A stretch of DNA of 64,000 nt from an uncultured delta proteobacterium (GTDB taxonomy: Bacteria > Desulfobacterota > Binatia > Binatales > Binataceae). Positions within the stretch are counted from its first letter, which is position 1. Each line of letters begins with the position of its first letter. The notes under the pieces were generated by a model. That model searched no databases, was not told the origin of the DNA, and saw only the letters and a program-made list of their open reading frames with translations. The position numbers and the translations under genes are program-made. Below, piece by piece: positions 20,852 through 31,619 of the stretch. The stretch lies in assembly GCA_963808235.1 (NCBI GenBank), contig CAWEEQ010000004.1:3040001-3104000 (forward strand), given 5' to 3'.

Positions 20852-21811
20852 TCACGCCTCGCTCGGCGCGATTCGCAAAATTTCGGGCCGGATCAGCCAG
20901 ACCATTACGGCCTTCTGCGCATGCAGACGATTTTCCGCCTGGTCGAGCACGACCGAGCGCGGACCGTCGATTACGTCGTCGGTAATTTCCTCGCCGCGAT
21001 GCGCCGGCAGGCAATGCATTACGATGGCACTCTTGCGCGCGTGCTTCATAAGAGCGTCGTTCACCTGGAAGCCCTTGAAGTCGCGACGCCGCTGCGCCGC
21101 TTCTTTTTCCCGACCCATCGAGGTCCACGTGTCGGTGTAGACGACGTCCGCGTCCTTCACTGCGGCGGCCGGATCGTCGCTCAGCGTGCCGATCTCTTCA
21201 TCGCGCAGTCGCTTCACAAATTCCTTTGCCGGCTCATAGCCCTTCGGACATGCGAGGCGAAGTTCGAATCCCGCAAGGGCCGCCGCTTCGATCCAGCTTT
21301 GCGCGAGATTGAATCCGTCGCCAACAAACGCAACTCGAATCTTACTAAGATCACGGCCGAAGCGCTCCTGCAAAGTCATCAGGTCGGCGAGTAGCTGGCA
21401 GGGATGAAGCAAATCGGTGAGCCCGTTGATGACCGGCACCGTCGCTTCGCGCGCGAGTTCGACGGCGGTCTCGTGGGAGAAGGTGCGAATCATAATCAAA
21501 TCGACCGAGCGCGAAATGTTGCGCGCGACATCCTTGACCGATTCGCGCTCGCCGATACCAATATCGTTCGGCGCGAGATAAATCGCGTGCCCGCCGAGCT
21601 GGGCCATCCCGGTTTCGAAGGTAATCCGCGTCCTTAACGAGGGCTTTTGGAAAACCATCGCGAGCGTCCGTCCGCGCAAATAAGGATGGTCGAGCCCGAT
21701 TTTCAGTTCGGCCTTGAGGCGCGCACCGAGAGCGAGCAGGCCGCCCAGCTCCGCCGCGCTGAGCGAGCTGAGTTCGAGAAAATCGCGCTTTGTCTGAAGT
21801 GAGGCGTTCAC
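20852..21811 (-). CDS. argF: Ornithine carbamoyltransferase
   Basis: FQKPSLRTR, HPCQLLAD, YTDTWTSMG, HCLPAHRG, QAENR; GTG start overlapping the argD stop. Confidence 0.96.
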   Translation of the reverse strand: MNASLQTKRDFLELSSLSAAELGGLLALGARLKAELKIGLDHPYLRGRTLAMVFQKPSLRTRITFETGMAQLGGHAIYLAPNDIGIGERESVKDVARNISRSVDLIMIRTFSHETAVELAREATVPVINGLTDLLHPCQLLADLMTLQERFGRDLSKIRVAFVGDGFNLAQSWIEAAALAGFELRLACPKGYEPAKEFVKRLRDEEIGTLSDDPAAAVKDADVVYTDTWTSMGREKEAAQRRRDFKGFQVNDALMKHARKSAIVMHCLPAHRGEEITDDVIDGPRSVVLDQAENRLHAQKAVMVWLIRPEILRIAPSEA

Positions 21812-23019
21812 GTGCGATTCATCGGGTCGGCGGGCGCGGACTTGAGAGCTTTTTCGATTATGTCGAGCCCAGCGTCCGCCTCTTCGCGGGTCAGGTTCAG
21901 CGGCGGCAACAGCCTCAGCACATTGCCCGCGGTGCCGTTGACCAGCAGGCGATCCTTCAGGCACGCATCGACGATCGGACGCGCGTCGTGCTTGAGCACC
22001 AAGCCGATGATCATCCCGAGACCGCGTACCTCGAGGATTCGATCGCACGATTTCGCGAACTTGCCGAGCCGCTCGAGGATATAGGCTCCGACGCTCGAGG
22101 CGTTCTCGAGCACGCCGTCCTGATCGATCGCGTCCAGCATTCCCAACGCTGCCGCACACGCGACCGGGTTGCCGCCGAACGTGCTCCCGTGACTCCCGGG
22201 CGTGAAACTTGACGCGATCTCCACCCGTGCGATCATCGCGCCAATCGGAATTCCACCGCCGAGCGATTTGGCCAGCGTCACGATGTCGGGTTTGATGCCG
22301 ACGTGCTCGTACGCGAAGAATTTTCCGGTGCGTCCCATTCCAGTCTGGATTTCGTCCAGGATCAGCAGCATCTTGTTGCGATCGCAGAAATCGCGCATCC
22401 GCTTGAGGTAATCGGGCCGAGACACGACCACACCACCTTCGCCCTGAATTGGCTCGACCAAAACCGCGACGGTTTCGTCCCGGCGCGCGCGATCGAGCGC
22501 CGCAATGTCGTCGAACGGAACCAGTCGAAAGCCGGGCATCAGCGGCTGAAACCCCTGGTGATACTTCTCCTGCCCGGTCGCGCTCAGGGTTGCCAGCGTG
22601 CGCCCGTGGAACGATCCCAGCGTCGCCAAGATCTCGAAGCGGCCGCCGCCTGCATTGCTGCCCCATCGACGCGCCAGCTTGATTGCGGCCTCGTTCGCTT
22701 CGGCGCCCGAATTGCCCAGAAAAACTTTGCCGCCACCGAATCGATTCGCGAGGCGCTCCACCAGCCGCGCGGTCGCTTCGGTGTGAAAGACGTTGGAGAC
22801 GTGAGTGAGCTTTTCGGCCTGCTCCTTGATCGCGCGCACGACGCGCGGATATCCATGACCGAGACTCGTGACCGCGAGTCCGCAGAAGAAATCCAGGTAG
22901 CGATTCCCGTCCGCATCGTACAGATACGCGCCGTGACCGCGCACGAACGCGAGCGGCAGGCATCCATAAACATCGACCATATTTCGATGCGTGAGTTCTA
23001 CTATTTCCGCATTGTTCAT
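21808..23019 (-). CDS. argD: Acetylornithine aminotransferase
   Basis: NSGAEANE, SFHGRT, EPIQGEGG, DEIQTGMGRTG, AKSLGGG. Confidence 0.95.
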   Translation of the reverse strand: MNNAEIVELTHRNMVDVYGCLPLAFVRGHGAYLYDADGNRYLDFFCGLAVTSLGHGYPRVVRAIKEQAEKLTHVSNVFHTEATARLVERLANRFGGGKVFLGNSGAEANEAAIKLARRWGSNAGGGRFEILATLGSFHGRTLATLSATGQEKYHQGFQPLMPGFRLVPFDDIAALDRARRDETVAVLVEPIQGEGGVVVSRPDYLKRMRDFCDRNKMLLILDEIQTGMGRTGKFFAYEHVGIKPDIVTLAKSLGGGIPIGAMIARVEIASSFTPGSHGSTFGGNPVACAAALGMLDAIDQDGVLENASSVGAYILERLGKFAKSCDRILEVRGLGMIIGLVLKHDARPIVDACLKDRLLVNGTAGNVLRLLPPLNLTREEADAGLDIIEKALKSAPADPMNRT

Positions 23020-23040
23020 CTGAGTACGCTGTTCGTTCCG

Positions 23041-23988
23041 CTAACTGCCCGACTTCCGTCCGCCCTGGGCGCGGCGCGGTGAGTTCGCAAGCTCCGATAC
23101 CTTGGCGCGGCGACGGACGACTTCGGTGCCGATTCCCGCGCGGGTGAAAATTTCGAGCAGCACCGCATGCTTCACGCGCCCGTCGATTATGTGCGTCTTC
23201 GCGACGCCCTTTTGCAGCGCCTCGACGCAGCACTCGACTTTCGGAATCATCCCTTCGTGAATCACGCCGCGCGCGATTAGCCGTTTGGCCTCGGCCGCGT
23301 CGAGTGTCGAGAGCAGCTTGCCGTCCTTGTCCTTCACGCCTTCGACGTCGCTCAGCAGGATCAGTTTTTCAGCCTTGAGCGCGGCCGCGATTTCGCCGGC
23401 GGCCACGTCGGCATTGATATTGTAAGTCTGCCCGTCGCGTCCGAAACCGGTCGGCGCGATCACCGGGATGAAGTTGTTGGCCTCCAGCGTGCGGAGCAAC
23501 TCCGGATTCACCCGATCCACTTCGCCCACCAATCCGATATCTACGCTCGAGCGCTTGCCGTTGTCATCGGTCACGACCATCCGCATCTTGCGCGATCTGA
23601 TCAGGTCGCCGTCCTTGCCCGACAGTCCGACCGCGCGGCCGCCCTGGCGCGAAATCGTCGCGACCAGGTCCTTGTTGATTCTTTGCAGAACCATCTCGGC
23701 CGCTTCCATCGTCGCCGGATCGGTCACCCGCATCCCGCGCACGAAGCGCGATTTCAATCCGAGCTTGCCGATAAGCTCGGTAATCTGAGGGCCGCCGCCA
23801 TGCACGATGACCGGATTGATCCCGACCAGGTCGAGCAAGACGACTTCCTGCGCGAAGCTTTCGCGCAGTTCCTCGGTCAGCATCGCAGCGCCGCCGTACT
23901 TGATTACGAACGTCTTGCCACGAAAGCGCCTGATATACGGCAGCGCCTCGATAAGCACGTCGGCCCGCTGGTGGACGGTTTCTTTCAC
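23041..23988 (-). CDS. argB: Acetylglutamate kinase
   Basis: VIKYGG, VHGGGPQI, YNINAD, GMIPKV. Confidence 0.97.
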   Translation of the reverse strand: MKETVHQRADVLIEALPYIRRFRGKTFVIKYGGAAMLTEELRESFAQEVVLLDLVGINPVIVHGGGPQITELIGKLGLKSRFVRGMRVTDPATMEAAEMVLQRINKDLVATISRQGGRAVGLSGKDGDLIRSRKMRMVVTDDNGKRSSVDIGLVGEVDRVNPELLRTLEANNFIPVIAPTGFGRDGQTYNINADVAAGEIAAALKAEKLILLSDVEGVKDKDGKLLSTLDAAEAKRLIARGVIHEGMIPKVECCVEALQKGVAKTHIIDGRVKHAVLLEIFTRAGIGTEVVRRRAKVSELANSPRRAQGGRKSGS

Positions 23989-24094
23989 GCGGATGCTAAA
24001 TCCCTCCGAAACATGAAATCAAAACAGTATTGCGCGCGCGGCGCAATCGGTCGCGGGCGCGGTCTTTAACGCAACGATAACGGGCGAATTGCTG

Positions 24095-25465
24095 CTACAG
24101 GATATATCGCGACAGATCCTCGTCCTTGACGATTGAATCGAGGCGGCCGTGAACGTATCCGGCGTCGATCGTGAGATCGCGCTCCTGCAGTTCCGGCGCG
24201 CTGAACGACAATTCCTCGAGCAGCCGCTCGAGCACCGTGTGCAAACGGCGCGCGCCGATATTCTCCGAGCGGGAATTAACCTTCGCTGCGATCTCCGCCA
24301 GCGCCGCCACCCCATCCTCGGTGAAACGCAGATGCACCCCCTCGGTCTCCATCAGCGCGACGTACTGGCGGGTGAGCGCGTTCTCCGGCTCGGTGAGAAT
24401 CCGGATGAAATCGTCGCGGGTCAGCGCCTTCAATTCCACCCGAATCGGAAAGCGTCCCTGAAACTCGGGAATAAGATCCGACGGCTTGGAGGTGTGAAAC
24501 GCGCCCGACGCGACGAACAAAATATGATCGGTCTTGACCGCGCCGTATTTCGTGTTCACCGTCGAGCCCTCGACTATCGGCAGCAGGTCGCGCTGCACGC
24601 CTTCGCGCGAGACGTCGGGACCACGCGTCTCGCTGCCGGCAATCTTGTCGATCTCGTCGATAAACACGATTCCCGACTGTTCCGCGCGATGGATCGCTTC
24701 GTGCGCGACTGTTTCCATGTCAACCAGCCGCGCCGCTTCTTCGGCCGTGAGCAGTTCCATCGCCTCGGGAATTTTCACTTTGCGCGTGCGCGTCTTCTTC
24801 GGCATGAGCTGATTCATCAGCTCCTTCATGTTGAGGCCCATCTCCTCCATCCCCTGCGGAGTGAAGACCTCGATATTCGGAGTCGCGTTCGCACTGACTT
24901 CCAGCTCGACTTCCCGATCGTCAAGATGACCGTCGACGAGCAGCTTGCGCAGCTTCTCGCGCGTGTCCTTGTGCGAATCGTTGCCGGCGACCTCGATATG
25001 CCCCTCGGGCGTAATTCCGGCCGGCCGCCGCACCTTGGTCGGCGGTGGGAACAATAGATCGAGCAAGCGCTCTTCGGCATTCTCGCGCGCCTTCACCGCG
25101 ACTCGATCGCGCGCTTCCTCGCGCACGATTTTCACCGAGCATTCCGCAAGGTCGCGGATCATCGACTCGACGTCGCGGCCGACGTAGCCAACCTCGGTGT
25201 AGCGCGAGGCCTCCACCTTGACGAACGGCGCCTGCGCGAGCCTTGCGAGGCGCCGCGCGATCTCGGTCTTGCCGACTCCGGTCGGTCCGATCATCAGGAT
25301 ATTTTTCGGCGCGATTTCGTCGCGCAACTCGGGCGCGACGTTCTGCCGGCGCCATCGGTTGCGCAAGGCGATCGCGACCGCGCGCTTGGCATCGTGCTGT
25401 CCGACGATGTAGCGATCGAGCTCCGAGACGATCTCGCGCGGAGTCATAACCTGTGGAACTGGCAT
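24095..25465 (-). CDS. hslU: ATP-dependent protease ATPase subunit HslU
   Basis: [41 protein letters not shown]. Confidence 0.98.
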   Translation of the reverse strand: MPVPQVMTPREIVSELDRYIVGQHDAKRAVAIALRNRWRRQNVAPELRDEIAPKNILMIGPTGVGKTEIARRLARLAQAPFVKVEASRYTEVGYVGRDVESMIRDLAECSVKIVREEARDRVAVKARENAEERLLDLLFPPPTKVRRPAGITPEGHIEVAGNDSHKDTREKLRKLLVDGHLDDREVELEVSANATPNIEVFTPQGMEEMGLNMKELMNQLMPKKTRTRKVKIPEAMELLTAEEAARLVDMETVAHEAIHRAEQSGIVFIDEIDKIAGSETRGPDVSREGVQRDLLPIVEGSTVNTKYGAVKTDHILFVASGAFHTSKPSDLIPEFQGRFPIRVELKALTRDDFIRILTEPENALTRQYVALMETEGVHLRFTEDGVAALAEIAAKVNSRSENIGARRLHTVLERLLEELSFSAPELQERDLTIDAGYVHGRLDSIVKDEDLSRYIL

Positions 25466-25493
25466 TTGGTGGGAGACTTCCTTGCGCGGCTGG

Positions 25494-26063
25494 CTACAGT
25501 TCCTCGAATACAAATTGATCGTTGGTATATACGCAAACTTCCGACGCGATCTTCATGGCGGCTTCCGCGATCTCGCGCGCTGACATCGTGGTACTGTTGT
25601 GCCGCACCAGCGCGCGCGCCGCAGAGAGCGCATAATTTCCGCCCGACCCGATCGCCAGGATCCCGTCGTCGGCTTCCAGCACGTCGCCAACACCCGAAAT
25701 CAGCAGCGAGCTCTCCTTGTCCGCGACCACCAGCATAGCTTCCAGCCGGCGCAGGATCCGATCCGTACGCCAGTCCTTCGCGAGCTCAACCGCCGCGCGG
25801 CGGAGCACTCCGTTGTACTCCTGCAGCTTCGATTCGAACTTGTCGAACAGGGTCAGCGCGTCCGCCGTCGAGCCGGCAAAACCCGCGAGCACGCGATCCT
25901 GATGAAGCCGGCGCACCTTCTTCGCCTTCGACTTCATGATCGTCTGTCCGACGCTCACCTGCCCGTCGCCCGCCATCACGACATGCCCCTGATGGCGCAC
26001 GCTCAGAATCGTGGTATGGCGAACTTTGGTTTCGTTGTCGGGCTCAAGCCCGTGGATGCGCAC
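25494..26063 (-). CDS. hslV: ATP-dependent protease peptidase subunit HslV
   Basis: TTILSVR (catalytic Thr), [17 protein letters not shown]. Confidence 0.97.
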   Translation of the reverse strand: MRIHGLEPDNETKVRHTTILSVRHQGHVVMAGDGQVSVGQTIMKSKAKKVRRLHQDRVLAGFAGSTADALTLFDKFESKLQEYNGVLRRAAVELAKDWRTDRILRRLEAMLVVADKESSLLISGVGDVLEADDGILAIGSGGNYALSAARALVRHNSTTMSAREIAEAAMKIASEVCVYTNDQFVFEEL

Positions 26064-26964
26064 GTTTGTAAACCTCTTTCAAATGATTCACGCTCACATG
26101 AGTATAGCGCTGCGTGGTCGCGAGACTCGCATGACCGAGCATCTCCTGGATCGACCGCAAATCGGCTCCATTGCCAAGCATATGCGTTGCAAAACAATGG
26201 CGCAGCCCGTGCGGCGTGATTCCCGCGCTAAGCCCCGCCGCGGCGATCCGCCGCTGAAGTATCATCTCGACGCTGCGAGTCGTCAGCCTGCCGCCGCGAA
26301 GATTGACGATCACCGGCCCGTCAGGCTCCCATGCAATCGGCATCGCGCGCCGCCATGCCATAAGCGCGTCAAGCGCCGGCTCGCCTACCGGCACCAGCCG
26401 ATCCTTGTTGCCCTTGCCCGATCGCACCATCACCATCCCGAGCTCTTCGTCGATATCTCGCCAGTTGAGCCCGACCAATTCGCTAACCCGCAGGCCAGTC
26501 GAGTAGAGCGTCTCGAAAATCGCACGATCGCGAGCCGCAGCGGCAGAGGTGTCTTCAGGAGCGACTTCGATCAGCCGGCGCACCTCATCCTGCTGTAATA
26601 TCGAAGGCAATCGCCGCTCGTTCTTTGGCGATCGGATCGATCGCGCAGGACTCGGCTCGCCCATCGTCGTTTCGCGGTAGCGAAAAAATGCCTTGATCGC
26701 GCTTAATCTGCGCTGGACGGTGGTGCGCTTGGCGGTCTTCATAAGTTCGGCCAGGTAGCTACGGATATGGTCCGCGGTGACGTGTGCGAGATCGATCTCA
26801 TCGACCTGCCGACCCACAATCGCAGCTCGCTCGAGCAGGAACGTCCGGAATGCGAGCAGGTCGCGGCGGTAGCTGATAACCGTATTCTCCGCGGCCCGCG
26901 ACGCCTTTCTGAGCGTCGCGCCAAATGCCTCCACCGCCGGCCCCATCGTCTCGCGCATACCCAC
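26044..26964 (-). CDS. xerC: Tyrosine recombinase XerC
   Basis: [52 protein letters not shown]; upstream of hslVU. Confidence 0.92.
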   Translation of the reverse strand: MGMRETMGPAVEAFGATLRKASRAAENTVISYRRDLLAFRTFLLERAAIVGRQVDEIDLAHVTADHIRSYLAELMKTAKRTTVQRRLSAIKAFFRYRETTMGEPSPARSIRSPKNERRLPSILQQDEVRRLIEVAPEDTSAAAARDRAIFETLYSTGLRVSELVGLNWRDIDEELGMVMVRSGKGNKDRLVPVGEPALDALMAWRRAMPIAWEPDGPVIVNLRGGRLTTRSVEMILQRRIAAAGLSAGITPHGLRHCFATHMLGNGADLRSIQEMLGHASLATTQRYTHVSVNHLKEVYKRAHPRA

Positions 26965-27094
26965 CTGAGCGGCTATGCTATCAGCGTCGATTGTGCCGAA
27001 AAAGCATGGTTCTGAAGCTCCCAGTGCTCTTAGTGACCCGCCCGTGCTTATTGCTTTCCTCGTTCGTCAATAGGGACTCGGGTCAGGATGTTTC

Positions 27095-27388
27095 GTGATG
27101 AACTGCTGGCATTGCGGCCGCACGATCGAGGTGATCGCGGGGAAAGATCGCGTCGGTTTTCGCGACGATTGTCCGGGATGCAATCGCGCGCTTCACGTAT
27201 GCCTCAACTGCGCGCTTTACGACACCAGTTACAACAACGCTTGCCGCGAGCCGATGGCCGAGCGAGTCGTCGACAAGGACCGCTTCAACTTCTGCGAATA
27301 TTTCACTCCCGGCGACAATAAAAAGCCCGCGCCGTCCGCGAAGTCTGGCGCGCAAAGTAAGCTCGAGGATCTTTTCAAAAAAAAGTGA
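27095..27388 (+). CDS. Small Cys-rich (three CxxC pairs) conserved hypothetical protein
   Basis: CWHC, CPGC, HVCLNC, CRE, NFCEYF. Confidence 0.8.
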   Translation: MMNCWHCGRTIEVIAGKDRVGFRDDCPGCNRALHVCLNCALYDTSYNNACREPMAERVVDKDRFNFCEYFTPGDNKKPAPSAKSGAQSKLEDLFKKK

Positions 27389-27813
27389 TGACATCGTCTC
27401 CCAACTGGCATGCGCGCGAAAAAATCTACGCTGTGGCCGTCCTGGTCTCAGCGCTCGCGCTAGGATGCCATCCCGCCAACAGCGCGCGCGGCGTCGTGGA
27501 CGATTTCATCGACCAATACTATGTCGCGATCAACCTGAAGGCGGCGGAGCCCTTCTGCACCGGATTGGCACTCGACAAAATTCATCAGGAAATGAAGCTG
27601 ACCGCCGGGCAGAAAATCGACGCCAACACGCGCAAGCCCGTCGTACACTACCGGCTCAAGGCCGAGCGCGACGGTACTGACCACATCGAATTTCTTTTTC
27701 GCGCTACAATAGATGTGCCCGACGGCGGCACTTTCGAGCGCAACTGGATGATCACTGCGCGCAAGGAATCCGCCGCGTGGAAGGTTTCGAATTTCGGTGA
27801 GTACGAGCAATAG
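27385..27813 (+). CDS. Lipoprotein, NTF2-like/DUF4878-like
   Basis: Lipobox ALG-C; pattern VVDDFIDQYY...AAWKVSNF; translationally coupled to its neighbours. Confidence 0.7.
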   Translation: MMTSSPNWHAREKIYAVAVLVSALALGCHPANSARGVVDDFIDQYYVAINLKAAEPFCTGLALDKIHQEMKLTAGQKIDANTRKPVVHYRLKAERDGTDHIEFLFRATIDVPDGGTFERNWMITARKESAAWKVSNFGEYEQ

Positions 27814-29209
27814 CGCGACAATTGTCCTCGCCGCCGGGCTCGGCACGCGGATGCGCTCGCGCCGCGCCAAGGTTCTGCACGAACTCGGCGGAGAACCGAT
27901 CATCGTACGATTGTTGCGACAAATCGGCGCCAGTCAGGAAACACCGATCGTGATCGTAGTCGGCTACCAGGCGCGCGAGGTCGAGTCGGTTGTGCGCAAC
28001 AGTTTCCCGGATTCCCAAGTTCGATTCGCATTGCAGAGCGAGCAGCGCGGAACCGGCGACGCGCTCCGCGTCGGCCTCCAGAGCCTACCTGCCGACTTCG
28101 ACGGTGGCGCGATGGTCCTCTACGGCGACGTGCCGAGGGTCTCGGATGCGACGCTGCGAGAGTTCTCGAGCGCTATCGATCGCGGCGGCGATTCCGGCTT
28201 TGGATTCATCAGCGTGAAGCTCCCTGATGGGAGTGCCTACGGGCGCGTAATTCGCCACGCGTCCGGACAAGTCGAAGCGATCGTCGAGGCGCGCGACGCG
28301 TCTGTCGCCGAGCTGGCGATCCGGGAAATCAATACTGGCACCTATTACTTTCCGCGCGTCTCGAATCTGCGCGAACTGTTTGCCGAACTGAAACCCAACA
28401 ACGCGCAGGGCGAATATTATTTGACCGATTTGGTCGCGATCGCGCGCCGTCGCGGCCTCAAAGTCGAGGCGTGGATCGCAAAGGACCCGGCCGAGTTCGC
28501 GAACATCAACTCACGCGAGGAGCTGGCAGAAATGGAAGCGCAAATTCGAGCGGCAGTTAACCGCAAACTGATGGAAGCGGGCGTGACGCTCGTCGATCCC
28601 GCGACCGCCTACATCTCCGAGCAAGCCGAGATCGCGCCCGACTGCGTGATCGGCCCGGGCGTGCAGATTCTTGGGACGTGCAAGCTCGGCGAAGGCGTCC
28701 GCATCGACGGCACCGCATGGCTCAGCAACGTGACGATCGGTCCGCGATGCCATCTGAAACTCGGCGTCCGCGCCGAAGATTGCGTGATTGGCGAGGACTC
28801 CGAAATCGGCCCCTTCGCCAATCTGCGCGCCGGCACTGAGCTCGCGGGCCACAATCGAATCGGCAATTTCGTCGAGACCAAGAAAGCGCGCATCGGCCGC
28901 GGCACCAAGGCGAGCCATCTGAGCTATCTGGGCGACGCAACCATCGGCGCCGATACCAACGTCGGATGCGGCGTTATCACGGTAAACTACGACGGCTACG
29001 AAAAGCATCAAACCGTGATCGGCGATCGATGCATGGTCGGCTGCGACACCCAGTTAGTCGCACCGGTCAAAGTAGGCAACGACGTATACGTAGCATCAGG
29101 AACGACCATAGTGCGCGAGGTCCCCGACGGCGCACTCGTGATGTCGCACCACCCGCAGCGAGAAAAATCGGGCTGGATGGCCACCTGGCGCAAACGTCAC
29201 GGCGAGTAG
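27797..29209 (+). CDS. glmU: Bifunctional UDP-GlcNAc pyrophosphorylase/glucosamine-1-P acetyltransferase
   Basis: LAAGLGTRM, YGDVP, NAQGEYYLTD, GNFVETK, HLSYLGD, hexapeptide repeats. Confidence 0.97.
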   Translation: MSTSNSATIVLAAGLGTRMRSRRAKVLHELGGEPIIVRLLRQIGASQETPIVIVVGYQAREVESVVRNSFPDSQVRFALQSEQRGTGDALRVGLQSLPADFDGGAMVLYGDVPRVSDATLREFSSAIDRGGDSGFGFISVKLPDGSAYGRVIRHASGQVEAIVEARDASVAELAIREINTGTYYFPRVSNLRELFAELKPNNAQGEYYLTDLVAIARRRGLKVEAWIAKDPAEFANINSREELAEMEAQIRAAVNRKLMEAGVTLVDPATAYISEQAEIAPDCVIGPGVQILGTCKLGEGVRIDGTAWLSNVTIGPRCHLKLGVRAEDCVIGEDSEIGPFANLRAGTELAGHNRIGNFVETKKARIGRGTKASHLSYLGDATIGADTNVGCGVITVNYDGYEKHQTVIGDRCMVGCDTQLVAPVKVGNDVYVASGTTIVREVPDGALVMSHHPQREKSGWMATWRKRHGE

Positions 29210-29224
29210 GGCTCCACTGTGACG

Positions 29225-30115
29225 ATGCCCAACCTAACCGGCGCGCGCACGCGCTATGCCCGAAAAATTCGGCGCAAGGCGCATTTGCGCTCGAAGCTGC
29301 TCGTGCGCGCGTTTGCCGAAACGCCGCGCGAGGATTACCTCGGCCCGCCGCCGTGGAAACTCATTACCCGCAAGGGCTATCGCGTCCCGCGCAAATCTCA
29401 TCCTCGGCGCCTGTACGACGACGTGCTGGTCGGCATCATCCCCGAACGATTGCTGAACAACGGCCAGCCGAGTGGTCTTGCGATGTGGTTCGACGCGCTC
29501 GATCTCAAACGCAACGAGCGGGTCGTGCATATCGGATGCGGCACCGGATATTACACCGCGATCCTCGCAAGCGTCGTCGGCGCCGGCGGTCACGTGCGCG
29601 CATTCGAGATCGACGCGGAGCTGGCGCCGCGCGCGACTCGCAACCTGGCCCATCTGCGCCACGTCGAAGTGATCCAGGGTGACGGAAGCACCCTCGACCC
29701 CGGTCCGGCCGACGCGATTTTCGTAAACGCAGGCGCCAACTACCCGGCCTCAATTTGGCTCGACTCGCTTCCCGTCGACGGCCGCCTGATGTTCCCGCTG
29801 ATCAGTACGGCCAAAATATTGCATCCGATAGTCAACCCGTGGCGGTCGCGACGTTACCCGCACTTCTACCCGTATGGATTGGGCGGCATGATGATGCTGA
29901 TCACGCGCGAGGCATCGCGCTTGAGCGTCCGCGCAATTTCCTCGGTCGGTATCTTTCCGTGTATCGGCGCGATCGAGCGCGAGGCTGACAAGCGCGCCGC
30001 CGCTGCGCTCGCGCGCACAGACTATGACTCGTTATCGACGCTGCGACGCGATTCGCATCCGCAAGACGATAGTTGCTGGCTGCACGGCGACGGCTTCTGC
30101 TTTTCGACTTTTTAA
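29225..30115 (+). CDS. Protein-L-isoaspartate O-methyltransferase family protein
   Basis: PREDYL, NNGQPS, HIGCGTGYYTAILA, DAIFVNAG. Confidence 0.85.
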   Translation: MPNLTGARTRYARKIRRKAHLRSKLLVRAFAETPREDYLGPPPWKLITRKGYRVPRKSHPRRLYDDVLVGIIPERLLNNGQPSGLAMWFDALDLKRNERVVHIGCGTGYYTAILASVVGAGGHVRAFEIDAELAPRATRNLAHLRHVEVIQGDGSTLDPGPADAIFVNAGANYPASIWLDSLPVDGRLMFPLISTAKILHPIVNPWRSRRYPHFYPYGLGGMMMLITREASRLSVRAISSVGIFPCIGAIEREADKRAAAALARTDYDSLSTLRRDSHPQDDSCWLHGDGFCFSTF

Positions 30116-30195
30116 CTTATTAGCTTTCCAAAGCTCCACCGTCGGGGAGGTTTGCAAACCGCGTGGTCCGGGTGCGAGTCTGAACCCGCCTTAAA

Positions 30196-31575
30196 ATGGA
30201 TATTTCGAATAAGCAGGCGACTGTGCCAAGCAACTGGTTACGTCGTCTGCAGGCCGGCGTGTGCACCTCGCTGGTGTTGGCTCTGTTACTCCTGCTCAAT
30301 CCATTCTTCAGCGCCTGGCAGTACGCCACACGCAGTCCCGGGATCGACTACTTCATGTTGTGGAGTGTGCCCCACGTCCTGAAGATGCGAGCTGTTGCGA
30401 ATATCTACGCGCCAGACAGTCAACGGGACATGGCTTCGGTTTTGATCAGCGAAAGCTCGTCGCCGCAGGTGTCTGAGGTGCAACGAAAGGCGACCGCGAT
30501 CAACATGCAACTTTATGAAAACCGACTGCCTGTCGTCGGGTCGCCTCTCGTCCTTGCACTCGTCGGTCTGACTGCCAGCGGTGCCTACGACAAGGATCTA
30601 ATTCGTTTCGCGATCACGTCATGGCTCTGCTTTATCCTGGCGACAGTTATCTTCTGCCGGCTACTCCGGTTCTCACCGGTGTCAACGCTCTTAGCCGTTG
30701 TGCTTTTCACTACGAGCTTCGAGCCGCTGCTCTCCGATATGAGGGTCGCCAACCTCAACCAGATTCAGCTCTTGCCGCTGGCGTGCTTCCTTCTCTTCAT
30801 CACGCGATCGTGGGGAGTGCTCGCAGGCCTGTCGCTGGGTATCGGCGCAATGCTCAAGCCCAACGTGGCGATCGTTGCGTTCCTGAGCATGCTCGTCATG
30901 CTGACGGATCGGGACTATCGGAGGCTGACTCGCATGCTGGTGGGCATGTGTCTGGCGGCGTTGCTATCGGTGTCGATCTCGGTGAGTTATTTCGGCCTGC
31001 CGGCCATGTGGTGGGATTTCATCCGGAGTCTTTCGGGTACTCTGGCCATATCGTACCCGATGGAAAACGGGAACTACGGTCTGGCGGTCCTGCTGTCTCG
31101 AACGATCCATCGGGAGACGTCCGCATACATCCTGGTCATCCTGATGGCCATCGTAAGCGTGGTGATCTTCAAGACCGGATCGAAACGCGCGCGGGACCTG
31201 GCTCCGCCACCTTCGCGCCGCTCCGATGAATCATCGCGATCGATGCATCGGATGTTTGTGGTCGTCGGTCTTGGATGTGCGGTCATGCTGATGTCCAGTC
31301 ACTTGGCATGGCTGCACTACTATGTCCTGTTAATTCCTCTGGAGTTGTATCTGATCAGACCACCGGCCTTGAGCGACCGACCGCAGCAGCGGCTCATCGT
31401 CAGCATATTCGCGGCGACAAGCTTTTGTTTGCTCTCTTCGGTAGGGCAGTACCTGTGCGCTGATCCGCTACAAGCGTCGATCGCGGTCAACGCAGCGACG
31501 GCACTCATGTTGATCCTTACGCTCTGCGAAACGTGGTGGCCACCGGAACTCGAGCAAGTCAAGAATATCGCGTAA
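30196..31575 (+). CDS. GT87-like (GT-C fold) membrane glycosyltransferase
   Basis: Multi-TM protein; DYFMLW, ANLNQIQ, AMLKPN, AWLHYYVLL. Confidence 0.75.
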   Translation: MDISNKQATVPSNWLRRLQAGVCTSLVLALLLLLNPFFSAWQYATRSPGIDYFMLWSVPHVLKMRAVANIYAPDSQRDMASVLISESSSPQVSEVQRKATAINMQLYENRLPVVGSPLVLALVGLTASGAYDKDLIRFAITSWLCFILATVIFCRLLRFSPVSTLLAVVLFTTSFEPLLSDMRVANLNQIQLLPLACFLLFITRSWGVLAGLSLGIGAMLKPNVAIVAFLSMLVMLTDRDYRRLTRMLVGMCLAALLSVSISVSYFGLPAMWWDFIRSLSGTLAISYPMENGNYGLAVLLSRTIHRETSAYILVILMAIVSVVIFKTGSKRARDLAPPPSRRSDESSRSMHRMFVVVGLGCAVMLMSSHLAWLHYYVLLIPLELYLIRPPALSDRPQQRLIVSIFAATSFCLLSSVGQYLCADPLQASIAVNAATALMLILTLCETWWPPELEQVKNIA

Positions 31576-31619
31576 GTGCGCTGAAAATGCCTCCCTGTTT
31601 TGAGCAGAGGGGGTGCAGG

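Noticed and set aside
20852-23233. 793-aa ORF suggesting a long N-terminal fusion to ArgF
   Set aside because: The N-terminal part is an off-frame read-through over argD/argB; the real argF starts at GTG 21811, overlapping the argD stop.
26044-26964. Tyrosine recombinase as a phage or island integrase
   Set aside because: Its size, motifs and xerC-hslVU synteny indicate housekeeping XerC; no att site or cargo.
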